Origin: Alloascoidea hylecoeti
Taxonomy: Eukaryota
Assembly (NCBI GenBank): GCA_001600815.1
Contig: BCKZ01000014.1
Coordinates: forward strand, 496,001-560,000
DNA: 64,000 nucleotides
Direction: 5' to 3'
Part shown: piece after piece, positions 34,707 through 46,109 of the stretch
Numbering within the stretch: position 1 is the stretch's first letter
How the letters are laid out: each line of letters opens with the position of its first letter
Program-made: the position numbers and the translations under genes
Notes under the pieces: model-generated
Database searches by the model: none
Seen by the model: the letters and a program-made list of their open reading frames with translations, nothing else
What the model was told of the DNA's origin: nothing

Positions 34707-37195
34707 TCAAAAGCTCCTTTTTGCTTCTAATAAACAATCCACCCATTTCTTTTTTTCCTCTACACTCTGTGCTATAAATTCATATTTTTGATCATTCTCA
34801 CAAATTTCTATTTCATACTTTATTTTAAATGAAACTCCATTTCTTGTTGATTCAACGATCATTAATGGCATTGGTATGGGCTATATATTTTGATGTTAGT
34901 AACAAGATAAATGAATTTTAATCATGATCCATTAATTATACTTACTGGAGCGATAATTTTATATTTTTCTATTGGAGTAGTTTCAACAACACGACAAAAT
35001 AAAACACAATTATCAAATATAAATAATCGACAATTTTCATTTATATAATTTGAAGTTTGATGATTATTAATATCATAAGAATTTGAATTTGATTTTAAAT
35101 TCAGATGTTTATGAATTAAATTTCCTTCTTTTAATAATAATCTTTCATGATTAAAAAAATCATAATCTTTTAATATTATTCCATAATCATTATTATTATT
35201 ATTTATAATCATACTAATTATTTCACCAATTCTTTTACAATTTTCAATTTTTTTTAATAAATTTTCAACTTTTAATTTAATTAAATTCAATTGATTAAAT
35301 TCATTATTTTTATGATCAGTTAAATCAATTAAATTTTTAATCATAATTGGATATTTAATTAATAAACCAGTTAATAATGTAATTAATAATGTATTAAAAT
35401 CAATATTTTTATGAAATATTCTATCCATTTCTGTAACCCATTTTATAAATCTAATATTACAATTATAATTAATATTATTTTGTTGTTGTTGTTGTTGTTG
35501 TTGTTGTAATTGTTTTTGGAATTGTAATTGTTTTTTATATTTATAATTTTCAATTGTATAAAAATTAATCATTTTTGAATAATTAAAAGAATAAGATATA
35601 TATAAATCTTCAGCATTATTTATCCAATCCATTAATAAATCATCAATACGATTGATTAATTCTCCTTCATGTCTTACTCTTTTCAATAAAGGATCAAGAA
35701 TTTTTTGTTTATGAACATTCATAATTGGTATCCAATCTTTAAAAGTTGATTCCCAATATTCATTATTTTCACAACAATTATTATTATTATCATTAATTAA
35801 TGGAGGAATTATATTTTTAAATGATGTTCCATACCAATCAATAAAAATTTGATTTCTTTCATATCTTTCTTGTTCAACAGTTAAAAATTCAAATATAGAA
35901 AATTGTCTTTTTTGAACATTAATTGGTATATTTAAAAGTTCATTTTCTGTTAATTGCCAATAATTTGACCAATTTTCATTATAATTTCCAATATGAATAT
36001 ATAAATGAGTTGTATAATCATTATTTAATGTTGTAAGTTGAGATAATGATGACCAATTAGTTCTTATAACAACTTCACCAATTAATAAACTTCTTTTAAT
36101 TGTCATTGATAATTCATTAATTTTTGAAAAAACATTTTTTGATTTTTCATAAATTGAAAAACTAAAAAAATCAGAAATATTTTTAAAAAATATAATATAT
36201 TTATTAAATAAAACAATATTTGATCTTAATAAATCATAAAATTTTATATTATATAAATTTTTAAATGAATTATTTTCATTATTATCCATTTTATTTAACC
36301 ATTTTATAAAATTTGAATTTGAAATTTTTAACTCAGATTTATATAAATTTATAATATCTGGATAACCTAATGAATAAATCGAATAGACATCTTTAACCAT
36401 TTTAATCCAATTTAAAAAAATATTACATATATCTTCTTCTTCTTCAAGAATATTAATAAATGGATTATTTTTAATTTTTTCTAATAATGGATTAACTAAA
36501 TAATTTAAATTTATATCTTGTAATGGAATTAAATTACCAAAAGTTATTGTCCAATAATAATCAACATTGATATTAATACCAGTAATAATTGGATTAATTT
36601 TAAGAAATTCATTACCAAAATATTGAATAAATTTAATATTCATATCATATTTTAATTGTTCTTGTTGAATAAAATCAAATAAAAGATTTTGAATTTCAAT
36701 TATATTTGGAGAAATATCAGATAAATAATCATTTGAAAAATTCCAAAAAGTAGCCCATTTTAAATTTAAATTTGATTCAAGAGATTTTAATAATATGGAT
36801 TCTCTTGATTTACCAAGATATAAATCTAAAACTAAATCTTTATCACGATCAATGGCTAAATCTTGTGAAATATAATCATACATATGATTTTCATCTTTGT
36901 CATCAACTTTATTAATACTTTCCTTAGATCCATTGTTAGAAGATGATTGCAATGATTCAGAGTGTTTATTTTTATTTTGGGACTTGTGTTTTTTGGTAAA
37001 CTGATTAATAAGTTTTTTAGGATGTGCATTGAAACCACGCGGAGTTACCGTATACCCCGGATCTGACTGATATTTGTCTAAATTTAAAGAAGAAGTTGAA
37101 TGATAGCATCTATTACCCATATTTATATTTTCATGATTATTGTCATATGAGGTATGAGGTGGTGGTTGGTTTGTGTTATATTTATCTCTCATCAT
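34707..37195 (-). CDS. Rho GEF of the Rom2/Tus1 type with tandem DH-like domains and a PH domain, no CNH; 2 exons: 37195-34946, 34880-34707
   Basis: WSNYWQL..KRQFSIFEFLTVEQERY DH start; LLKEGNL, LFIFDNCVLF and, across intron 34945-34881 (GTAAGT..TACTAAC..TAG), KYKIIAP/PIPMPLM..YEFIAQSVEEKKKWVDCLLEAK PH end; TGA at 34709-34707. Confidence 0.8.
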
Positions 37196-37363
37196 TGTAA
37201 AAATAAGAAGAGAGGAATGATACAAATTTAATTATAGATTTATATGTGGGGTCTAACGTTAATATTAATATTAATACACAGCCTTCATTGTGGCAAACAA
37301 TCGCAATTCTCTAAGACATCATAAAAAAGGCAATACTACTTTCCTATATAGGATATATTAGAC

Positions 37364-37563
37364 ACTTAAAAACGAAGGCCAGGCTTAATCCTTCCTTCTA
37401 CTTCTAACTTGTATTAGCATTTATCTTCATATTTGGGTTCGACCCTCTTCACTCACTCTTCCATTTGCAGATAATCATATGCCACGATCCAAACGCCTAT
37501 GATTATTCATACCAGTGATATAAGTTCCGATAATTTGTTTCCATCGGCCGAGCATTCTGGTGT
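37364..37563. repeat. Direct repeat, copy A (~200 bp)
   Basis: Shares TTCCTTCTACTT, CCCTCTTCA, ATTTGCAGATAAT-ATATGCCACGATCCAAACGCCTAT and TTCCGATAATTTGTTTCCATC with 37966-38165. Confidence 0.9.
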
Positions 37564-37654
37564 TTGAGACTTCAACTCTTTACTACGTATTTATTGGAAT
37601 CTACCAATACAATAAGGTTACCCTGCCACCAGTCACGTTCTATCAACCATCTTC

Positions 37655-37950
37655 AAACAATTATATTAAGTGGTCATTCTGCCAAAACAGATTGTGTTAA
37701 ATTTTTTAAAAACTGGATTTTAACTGGTTCAAACGATGGTACAATTAGAATTTGGGAACTTTCCTGAGTTTGTAAAGAAATTAAATCTCCAGCCTTCTAC
37801 CATTTTAAGATATAGTCTAGCAATAACCGAAGTAATGGAATTAACAAAAAAATTCGATATCAAATTTCATTTGGGTACTATTAGATGTATTGATATTAAT
37901 GATAAATATTTGGTTTCTGGCTCATAAGATGGGACATGTAGACAATATCT
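37655..37950 (+). pseudogene. WD40-repeat gene fragment (F-box/WD40, Cdc4/Met30/beta-TrCP-like)
   Basis: LSGHSAKTDCVKFFKNWILTGSNDGTIRIWEL*, then in another frame FHLGTIRCIDINDKYLVSGS*DGTC: two WD repeats with a frameshift and a stop. Confidence 0.8.
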
Positions 37951-37965
37951 GCTTGTAATACATAT

Positions 37966-38165
37966 ACTTAAATGCGAACGCCATGCTATTCTTTCCTTCT
38001 ACTTAAGCTCATCTTTAAAAGACACTTAATTTCTGAGGTTCAACCCTCTTCATTCTCTCTTTTTATTTGCAGATAATTATATGCCACGATCCAAACGCCT
38101 ATAGCTATTCATACTAGTGATATAAATTCCGATAATTTGTTTCCATCAGCTGAGCATTCTAGTGT
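37966..38165. repeat. Direct repeat, copy B (~200 bp, 602 bp downstream of copy A)
   Basis: Diverged second copy of 37364-37563. Confidence 0.9.
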
Positions 38166-38717
38166 GGATATTTAACATAACTTTTACGTTAAGTATTCAT
38201 GCCTCCAATTATTTATCACTGTTTAATTAATTAAAACATGAAATTAAACAAGCATAACCTAGTAGTAACGAACCCATCTTCAACTCTTATATGTAGTCGA
38301 TAAACATTTAAGAAAAATGAAGATAATCATTGAACAAATAGTTAAGACGAATCATTATTGAGTGGTCCCATTTTGGCGTACGAAATTTCAAGCTACTGAA
38401 GGGCGTCTTGGTTCGGGTTTTTTGGTTATTACTCATTTTACAGAGAAGCTTTCAGAGCCAGTGTTGGTTCAAATAACAAATCATTTTTTTTTATACTATA
38501 CAACAAAGTTACCCAACCACCAGTCATGCTCCATTTCATATACATGCATATATAGGACTTTGGGTGTTAGGACGAAGAGAGGGGGCGGAGGGGGCGGACG
38601 ATCTTCATCACAAATTTGGTGATCCGATTCAATTGAATGTAGTTTAATACATCTAAACACCCACTGCCATACAAATTTAAATTTATTTTCACAAATCTTA
38701 ACCAGAAATATAAAACA

Positions 38718-41700
38718 ATGGAGTCTCGTTGGGTATCCGACTCCATTCTAAAACTTCTAGGAGCTGCTGATGATACCACAACATCCACCGTCATAAACAT
38801 AGCTGAACTCTCAAAATCACAATCTTCATTCTTATCACAATTACTTAGTTTTGGGTTTCCAAACTCTGAAGAATCACAAGTTTTTGCTACAACTTTATAT
38901 AATAAGACACATCCTGAAGAAGAAAAAAAGCGAGGTAAAAATGAGAATGGCTCTTTAAAATCAAATACTGTATTAAATAGGCAAGCGATGTATGATGAAG
39001 AAGAATCTGATATGAAAAGTACAGAAACATTTCAAGAGATTCCAAAATTAGGTGGTGCTAAAAGAAGACAAAAAGATACTAATGGTGGCTCTTGGAGTGA
39101 TGAATCTGCATCAGAATCAGAATCAGAATCAGAACCTGAACCCAAACCTCGACCTAACCCTGAAGATAATGATTCCAAAGAGGATGACTCTCGCTCAAGT
39201 TCACGATCTCGTTCACGTTCTACATCTCAAGACCAAAAAGAACGTGATGAGTTTGTCAAAAGATTACAACAGAAATCTAAAAATGATTCAGGTTTAGTTG
39301 AAAATCGATCTGGAAAACAAGATTCTTCAAATAAATTAAGAGAAAAAATTGCAGAAGATGTCAATAATCATCGAGATGAAATCAGTCAATTAAGAACTGC
39401 AGCAAGACAACAGTATTTAACAAGAAGAGAACAAGATCAATTAATATTATTTCAAAAAGAAATGATTGATAGAGAACGTGATGTTAAAGAATTTGGTTGG
39501 GATAATTTAACAAAAAGAGAACAAGATGAATTAAAAGAAAAACGTGCACTTTTAGATATTATTAATCAAAGAAAACAAATTGATGATTCACAAGGTTATA
39601 TGTTACCAGAAGATTATATCACTGAAAAGGGTAAAATAGATCTTAAAAGGAAACAAGCTGCTTTATATCAAAGGTACAATGATAATTATGATAAAGTTCC
39701 AACAAATGATTATAATCAATGGGAAAATGAACAAGTTGCCAAAACAAGAAAAATCTCAAAAAATCATCATAATTCAAAAAAACAAGAAAATAATATAATA
39801 CCTGAAGAAGATGAATATGAATTTGTTTTTGATACATCTCAAAATATTGGTTTTATTGATGATGAAGGTAAAGATATATCATCTAATTTTAAATTATCTA
39901 AAGATGATATTAAATTATTAGAACAAATTAAACAACAAGAAGCTAAAATTAAAACAATTCAAGATGTTCAAAAATCATTACCTGTTTATCATCATCGTGA
40001 TGATATATTAAATGCTTTAAAAGAATATCAAATTATGATTATTGTTGGTGATACAGGTTCAGGTAAAACAACCCAAATACCTCAATATTTACATCAAGCA
40101 GGTTATACTAAAAATGGAATGAAAATTGGTTGTACACAACCAAGAAGAGTTGCAGCAATGTCTGTAGCTACTCGTGTAGCAGAAGAAATGGGTGTTAGAT
40201 TAGGTAATGAAGTTGGTTATTCTATTCGTTTTGAAGATAAATCTTGTGAAAAAACAGTTATTAAATATATGACTGATGGTATGTTACTTCGAGAATTTTT
40301 AACTGATCCAGAATTATCAACATATTCTGCCTTAATTATTGATGAAGCTCATGAAAGGACATTACATACAGATATTCTTTTTGGATTAGTTAAAGATATT
40401 GCAAGATATAGACCAGAATTAAAATTATTAATATCATCTGCTACAATTGATGCACAAAAATTTTCAAATTATTTTGACAAAGCTCCAATTTATAAAATTG
40501 AAGGTAAAACTTTTCCAGTTGATCATTATTATACTCCTCAACCTGAAGCAAATTATCTTCAAGCTGCAATTCAAACAGTTTTTCAAATTCATGCATCTCA
40601 AGGTGATGGGGATATATTAGTATTTTTAACAGGACAAGATGAAATTGAAACAATGGGTGAAAATTTATCCGAAACATGTAGGAAATTGGGAAACAAAATA
40701 AAACCATTGATCATTTGTCCTATTTATGCAAATTTACCTGCAGAATTACAGTCTAAAATTTTTGAACCTACTCCAAAAGGATCAAGAAAAGTTGTTTTAG
40801 CTACAAATATTGCAGAAACTTCAATTACTATCGATGGTGTTGCATTTGTTATTGATCCAGGATTCGTTAAAGAAAATGTATATAATCCTAAAACAGGTAT
40901 GGAATCATTAGTTGTTACACCTTGTTCTCGTGCAAGTTCAGATCAAAGAGCTGGTCGTGCTGGTCGTGTAGGACCTGGAAAATGTTTCCATCTTTATACA
41001 AAATGGGCATTTTTAAATGAAATGCCAAAAACAACTTCTCCAGAAATTTTAAGAACAAATCTATCAAGTGTTGTATTACTATTAATGTCATTAGGTATAA
41101 ATGATTTAATTCATTTTGATTTTATGGATTCTCCACCGAATGATATGCTTATAAAATCATTAGAATTATTATATGCTTTAGGTGCATTAAATCATAAAGG
41201 TGAATTAACAAAAATTGGAAGACAACAAGCTGAATTTCCAACTGATCCAATGGTTTCTAAAGCAATTATAGCAAGTGATAAATTTAATTGTGTTGATGAG
41301 GTTATTTCTATAATGTCTATGCTTGGTGAATCATCTGCACTTTTTTATAGGCCAAAACTTGATAAAGTACATGCTGATAAAGCAAAAGAATCTTTTACAA
41401 GACCTGATGGAGGTGATCATTTAGTATTATTAGAAATTTGGAATCAATGGATTGATACTGGATTTTCAAAACAATGGGCACAAGACAATTTTTTACAATA
41501 TAAAAATTTATGTCGTGCAAGAGATGTTAGAGATCAATTAGTTAGATTATGTGAAAGAGTTGAAATTGATATTGATAAACCAAGAAATGAAGATGATAAT
41601 GTTACAATAACAGAAAGAATTATGAAATCTATTGTTTCGGGGTTTTTCCCAAATACTGCTCGATTAAACAGAAATGGAGAAAATTATAAATCTATTAAAA

Positions 41701-41930
41701 CGAAAAGTGAAACGATTTATATTCATCCTTCATCTGTTATATTTCCTATTAAACCTTTACCTAAATGGGTACTTTATAATGAATTGGTATTGACAAGTAA
41801 AGAATTTATGAGAAATTGTATGCCAATTAAATCTAAATGGTTAATGGAATTAGCCCCACATTATTTTAAAGAGGATGAAATTGAAAAATATGGTTTTGGA
41901 GAAAGAAAGATGCCGAAATCTAGGAATTGA
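38718..41930 (+). CDS. PRP2: Spliceosomal DEAH-box helicase Prp2/DHX16 (S. pombe Cdc28)
   Basis: GDTGSGKTTQIPQYL, IIDEAHERT, SAT, LATNIAETS, QRAGRAGRVGPG; DHX16-type N-terminus (RQQYLTRRE, YMLPEDYITEKGKID). Confidence 0.93.
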   Translation: MESRWVSDSILKLLGAADDTTTSTVINIAELSKSQSSFLSQLLSFGFPNSEESQVFATTLYNKTHPEEEKKRGKNENGSLKSNTVLNRQAMYDEEESDMKSTETFQEIPKLGGAKRRQKDTNGGSWSDESASESESESEPEPKPRPNPEDNDSKEDDSRSSSRSRSRSTSQDQKERDEFVKRLQQKSKNDSGLVENRSGKQDSSNKLREKIAEDVNNHRDEISQLRTAARQQYLTRREQDQLILFQKEMIDRERDVKEFGWDNLTKREQDELKEKRALLDIINQRKQIDDSQGYMLPEDYITEKGKIDLKRKQAALYQRYNDNYDKVPTNDYNQWENEQVAKTRKISKNHHNSKKQENNIIPEEDEYEFVFDTSQNIGFIDDEGKDISSNFKLSKDDIKLLEQIKQQEAKIKTIQDVQKSLPVYHHRDDILNALKEYQIMIIVGDTGSGKTTQIPQYLHQAGYTKNGMKIGCTQPRRVAAMSVATRVAEEMGVRLGNEVGYSIRFEDKSCEKTVIKYMTDGMLLREFLTDPELSTYSALIIDEAHERTLHTDILFGLVKDIARYRPELKLLISSATIDAQKFSNYFDKAPIYKIEGKTFPVDHYYTPQPEANYLQAAIQTVFQIHASQGDGDILVFLTGQDEIETMGENLSETCRKLGNKIKPLIICPIYANLPAELQSKIFEPTPKGSRKVVLATNIAETSITIDGVAFVIDPGFVKENVYNPKTGMESLVVTPCSRASSDQRAGRAGRVGPGKCFHLYTKWAFLNEMPKTTSPEILRTNLSSVVLLLMSLGINDLIHFDFMDSPPNDMLIKSLELLYALGALNHKGELTKIGRQQAEFPTDPMVSKAIIASDKFNCVDEVISIMSMLGESSALFYRPKLDKVHADKAKESFTRPDGGDHLVLLEIWNQWIDTGFSKQWAQDNFLQYKNLCRARDVRDQLVRLCERVEIDIDKPRNEDDNVTITERIMKSIVSGFFPNTARLNRNGENYKSIKTKSETIYIHPSSVIFPIKPLPKWVLYNELVLTSKEFMRNCMPIKSKWLMELAPHYFKEDEIEKYGFGERKMPKSRN

Positions 41931-42107
41931 AAATAATTTAAATAAAAAAAATAATTTGTAATGAAAATTGTATTTATAGTGTTAAATTCTTCTTTTTTTC
42001 TTTCTTACATTTAGATGTATGGATGTTTTGGATTCATCCAAATCTTTAATTTTTTTCCCCCCGACACCAAATATTTCAGTCTTAAGATTTAAATTCTTCA
42101 AATTTAA

Positions 42108-45100
42108 ATGTTACGTTCATTCCGTGAAACACCTCTGGAATCAATTTCTACGAAACAGCTTCCTCATTTGCTGTTAACTGTTCCTGGCGATGGTTTTTTG
42201 GACTCATCATTTCAATCTTCAGAGTTTGGAACTAGAGACTCCTTTGAACGAATAAAAACAACAACGACCCAAAACGATATTTTTAAAGAGAAATTCGCGT
42301 CTTATGGAAATGTTATTATCTCCTCTTTAGATTCCTATCCGAAACATATCTCCTGGAGACTGGTTAAAAATGATGAGGTACTAGAACTTAATCCTTTACG
42401 ATTAATCAATCCAACCGACCAAGATTTAACACAAATTGATAATAATAATTATTCATTACAATCAATTCATATTAAATTATTTGAAAAAGTCGCTCCAAAA
42501 TGTATTGTTGTTTCTGAAACAACAGACTCAAGTATTGTCATTGATTTAATTACAATTTCTGGTATATTTGTTACACTTAAAATTCCAACTGAAAAGTTTC
42601 TTATTACTTCAAAACCATCTTTAAAAAATTTAAAATTATCTAAATGGTGTAAAATTCAAATACCTTATGGATTTAATGTTCGTCAACCACATCTGATGTT
42701 TGAAATATCAACAAATAATCTTGGAATTGCATTAAAAGATGGTGGATTAATTAGACTTTCAAGATTAAGAACTTTAGATGAAGCATCACCAATTGTCTTT
42801 AGTGATAATAGTTATTTTAGATCTTTAACAAAAGTTTTACATTGGGGTAGTAAAGATAAAGTTCCAACACATCATGATGTTTCAATAACAACAATAATTA
42901 GTGTTGTTCCTTATCATGAAGCATCACTTTTATTTACTCTTTCAATTAATAGAGTGTTAAAAATTTGGTCTTTAGAAACTTTTTCAGTTATTGCAGAACA
43001 TGAGTTAAATCCAAATGATGTTGGGTCTCATACACAATCTAAAGTGTTACTTGATGTTCATCCCACAAAACTTTTAACACTTTTACCCACCTCTTCATCA
43101 GATGCATCATCATCATCATTAGCATTGACAAAGGAAAGAAGTTTATTCTTAGCTGCTTATTTACCTGGTGGCTCTGGATGTTTTAAAATCTATAGAATTG
43201 ATAATATTCATACATGTCACTTGAAGCATGGTTTACCGATCCATTTAGAAGATCTAGGTAAACAGATGGAATTTATACCAAATGCTCCTGATAATCATTC
43301 TGTGTGGTTAGTATTTGATTTTGCTGTTGTTAAACAACAATTTTCATTAAAATTAGAATCATCATCATTATTATCACTGTGGGTCCTTTGGAAAAGTAAT
43401 ACAAGTTGTTCTGTACAACAATTATTGATCCAAGATCCTAAATCTCTTTCAAGTTCTAGTTTGAATACTAGTTTAAGCTCAAGAATATGGTCGATTGCAG
43501 AACCAAGTTTTGAACCCCCAAGTATGGATGCAGTTCGAAAATCTGCAAGCACATCAGAATCAGAGAGTGATGTTTATATATCAAGAATTTTACAATCTCA
43601 TCGATATTCACGTTTATCAATAGAGATAGCATTAAAGATTTTCCAACAACATATTTTAATTCCTGATGATGAGGATTATGAAAATGATGATTCAAATTCA
43701 ATATCACATCAATTCACTGATGAATTATTAGATTTATCTTTACAAGAAAAAGTATGTAAAACCATTGGAGCAGCAGTTAATGTACAAACATCATCGCTAC
43801 CAATTCTCACTGGGTCATCAACTGTTTCGGACTATTCATTATATTCCTACGATATTTTATTACAATGGCAAAAATTCGAACAATTGTGTAGTGAGGTCGA
43901 GAAACAATCAAATGAAGCAATTGGAATGGGAATTGATACTAAATCAAATACAGTATGGATATCAAAAGCATATTCTTTAAGTTTTTTCAGACCTTCATTA
44001 GATATTGAAATGTTCAGTTTTAATAGTAGTAAGAATCCAAGTGATGCATTATTAGATCAACTATCATTATGTATGATGAAACCTATTACTTCGACTTCGA
44101 TTTTAAAAAATGTTTTACAATTTGTTGATGCAGCTAAAACATTCAGAAAATCTCTATCACATGCTGTTATTAGTGATATAAAATCAGGTTTAGAAGAAGA
44201 TTATTCAAAAAATCCTTCATATGCTCTTCAAGAAAGAATTGTAACTATTTATGAAGAAACGTTATATAAAAATTATTCTAATGCATCACAAAAAGCGTTA
44301 AGTAATGTTTTGCTTCAAATTGATCTAGTTGAAGTTCTTGAAGCATTATTTGAATCAATGGTAAAATCGAACAAATTAAGTTCTAAAGGAAGTTTTAATC
44401 TAAGTGATGATGGATTATCATTAGTTTCAAATTCAATTTCCCAAATATTACATACTTCTTGTGAAGTTATATTTGATGCTATAATTGTTATTTTATTAAT
44501 TTCATCAAATTTAGGTTCTGATGCTTTTAATACTGAATCATCAAAGTATTATTCACGATTTTTAACTATTTATAGAGTTTATAACTCTGGGTTGAGTGCT
44601 TCAAAAAAATTAGATAATTGGAAACGAGGAAAATTAGAAGATGAGTTAGCAACTCAAGTTCGAAGATTAACAGTTAGTAGTGACGATAATCCTCATTTTA
44701 CAAGAGAAATATCATCAACGACAAGAACAACTAAAACATCTGATCTGGTGTTTAGTCCATTGGATGCTTGGATTCTGAAGAATTTCCATAGTGATATTAG
44801 GTTTGGGATCAATTTTTCACATTTCACTTCTCAGTTATCTGCATGTTTAACAAATAAAATATATGTGACTGATTTTGTACCATTTATAATTTCACGTCTA
44901 ATTAATGAAAAGAAAACAGACGATGCTCTTAAATTCTTACCATATATTGTTTTTACAAATTCACCATTTAATATCTTCATTCGTGGTTATTTATTTATAA
45001 AAACATCACAAATTAATAAAGCAGTCTCATTATTTAAAAGATCAGCATATGATATTTCTACCCATGCATTAACTAGCTCAGAGGAAGAGATTTTACGAAA

Positions 45101-45941
45101 TTTAAACAGTGATTCTTCATATTTGTTTAATACAAGCATTTCAAATTATTATCTTGCGACCGCAAAATTATTCTCAATTGAAAATTGTTTTGGCGCTGCA
45201 ATCAAATTAACAGAAACTTCATTGCTAAATGCTTATGATGAAGTAACGAAACTTGATGTTTCATTAGTTAAGTTTGAAAATTCATTAAAACTTTCTGATT
45301 TTGAAACTTGTTATGAATCATTATTAATATTACAGAAACTAGGTGATGATAAGTTTACAGAATTGCTTGACTTATTCATAACAAAATTATACGACATTGG
45401 AGAGATTGATAGACTCTTGTCATATCCATTTATCGGATTATTTGAAACAATTGATGAATTGTTAGAAAAGAAGGCTAGTAATGAAGATAACAGTGGTGGT
45501 GATGACAGATATTATAAAGTTCTCTTTTCATGGAGGCTAGCTCATGATGACTATAGAGGAGCAGCAACAGCTTTATACATTTACCTTACAAAATTGCGGG
45601 AAAATATTTCGTCATCATTAAAACCACAAAGTAATGATATAATAATCACAGATTATTACATGACAATCCTAAATGTACTTGCCTGTCTTCCAGAGGGTGA
45701 TTCTTGGATTGTCGTTACTACTAAACAAATAGATTCAAAGAATAGGATTAAATCTGGTGAAACAGAAGATAATCGAGAACAAAATGGTGATTTAAAAAGA
45801 TTTAAATCGGAAACTCTTGTGCATACAGTAGCATTGTCGTATGATGATGTTAAAAGAGAACATGAAGAATGGTTATGTCGATTGGAAAGGATTCTTGGAT
45901 TAGAAATCGCAAGACTCACGAGTGGATCAAATAGTATATAG
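42108..45941 (+). CDS. NUP120: Nucleoporin Nup120/Nup160
   Basis: 1277 aa; N-terminal propeller-like region (PKHISWR, LKDGGLIRL, LFTLSINRVLKIWSL, LWVLWKSN); helical C-terminus with YYKVLFSWRLAHDDYRGAA..ILNVLACL..WI, typical of the Nup160 family. Confidence 0.82.
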   Translation: MLRSFRETPLESISTKQLPHLLLTVPGDGFLDSSFQSSEFGTRDSFERIKTTTTQNDIFKEKFASYGNVIISSLDSYPKHISWRLVKNDEVLELNPLRLINPTDQDLTQIDNNNYSLQSIHIKLFEKVAPKCIVVSETTDSSIVIDLITISGIFVTLKIPTEKFLITSKPSLKNLKLSKWCKIQIPYGFNVRQPHLMFEISTNNLGIALKDGGLIRLSRLRTLDEASPIVFSDNSYFRSLTKVLHWGSKDKVPTHHDVSITTIISVVPYHEASLLFTLSINRVLKIWSLETFSVIAEHELNPNDVGSHTQSKVLLDVHPTKLLTLLPTSSSDASSSSLALTKERSLFLAAYLPGGSGCFKIYRIDNIHTCHLKHGLPIHLEDLGKQMEFIPNAPDNHSVWLVFDFAVVKQQFSLKLESSSLLSLWVLWKSNTSCSVQQLLIQDPKSLSSSSLNTSLSSRIWSIAEPSFEPPSMDAVRKSASTSESESDVYISRILQSHRYSRLSIEIALKIFQQHILIPDDEDYENDDSNSISHQFTDELLDLSLQEKVCKTIGAAVNVQTSSLPILTGSSTVSDYSLYSYDILLQWQKFEQLCSEVEKQSNEAIGMGIDTKSNTVWISKAYSLSFFRPSLDIEMFSFNSSKNPSDALLDQLSLCMMKPITSTSILKNVLQFVDAAKTFRKSLSHAVISDIKSGLEEDYSKNPSYALQERIVTIYEETLYKNYSNASQKALSNVLLQIDLVEVLEALFESMVKSNKLSSKGSFNLSDDGLSLVSNSISQILHTSCEVIFDAIIVILLISSNLGSDAFNTESSKYYSRFLTIYRVYNSGLSASKKLDNWKRGKLEDELATQVRRLTVSSDDNPHFTREISSTTRTTKTSDLVFSPLDAWILKNFHSDIRFGINFSHFTSQLSACLTNKIYVTDFVPFIISRLINEKKTDDALKFLPYIVFTNSPFNIFIRGYLFIKTSQINKAVSLFKRSAYDISTHALTSSEEEILRNLNSDSSYLFNTSISNYYLATAKLFSIENCFGAAIKLTETSLLNAYDEVTKLDVSLVKFENSLKLSDFETCYESLLILQKLGDDKFTELLDLFITKLYDIGEIDRLLSYPFIGLFETIDELLEKKASNEDNSGGDDRYYKVLFSWRLAHDDYRGAATALYIYLTKLRENISSSLKPQSNDIIITDYYMTILNVLACLPEGDSWIVVTTKQIDSKNRIKSGETEDNREQNGDLKRFKSETLVHTVALSYDDVKREHEEWLCRLERILGLEIARLTSGSNSI

Positions 45942-46109
45942 ATCATCAAATAAATATAAATATATTTAAAGTAATTAATCTTTTTTTTATATTCCATTAA
46001 ATATGTCCGGATAGTTAGATGTTCGGGTTTACGATATTATTAAACGTTGTGATTAAAAGTACACCACTCAATTGCGCAATTTCAATATCCAAAATATAGT
46101 CAATTTAGA

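Noticed and set aside
34740..34760. Apparent frameshift at the A-run in the last RhoGEF exon
   Set aside because: Recounting gives GAG GAA AAA AAG AAA TGG, which is in frame, so no frameshift is needed.
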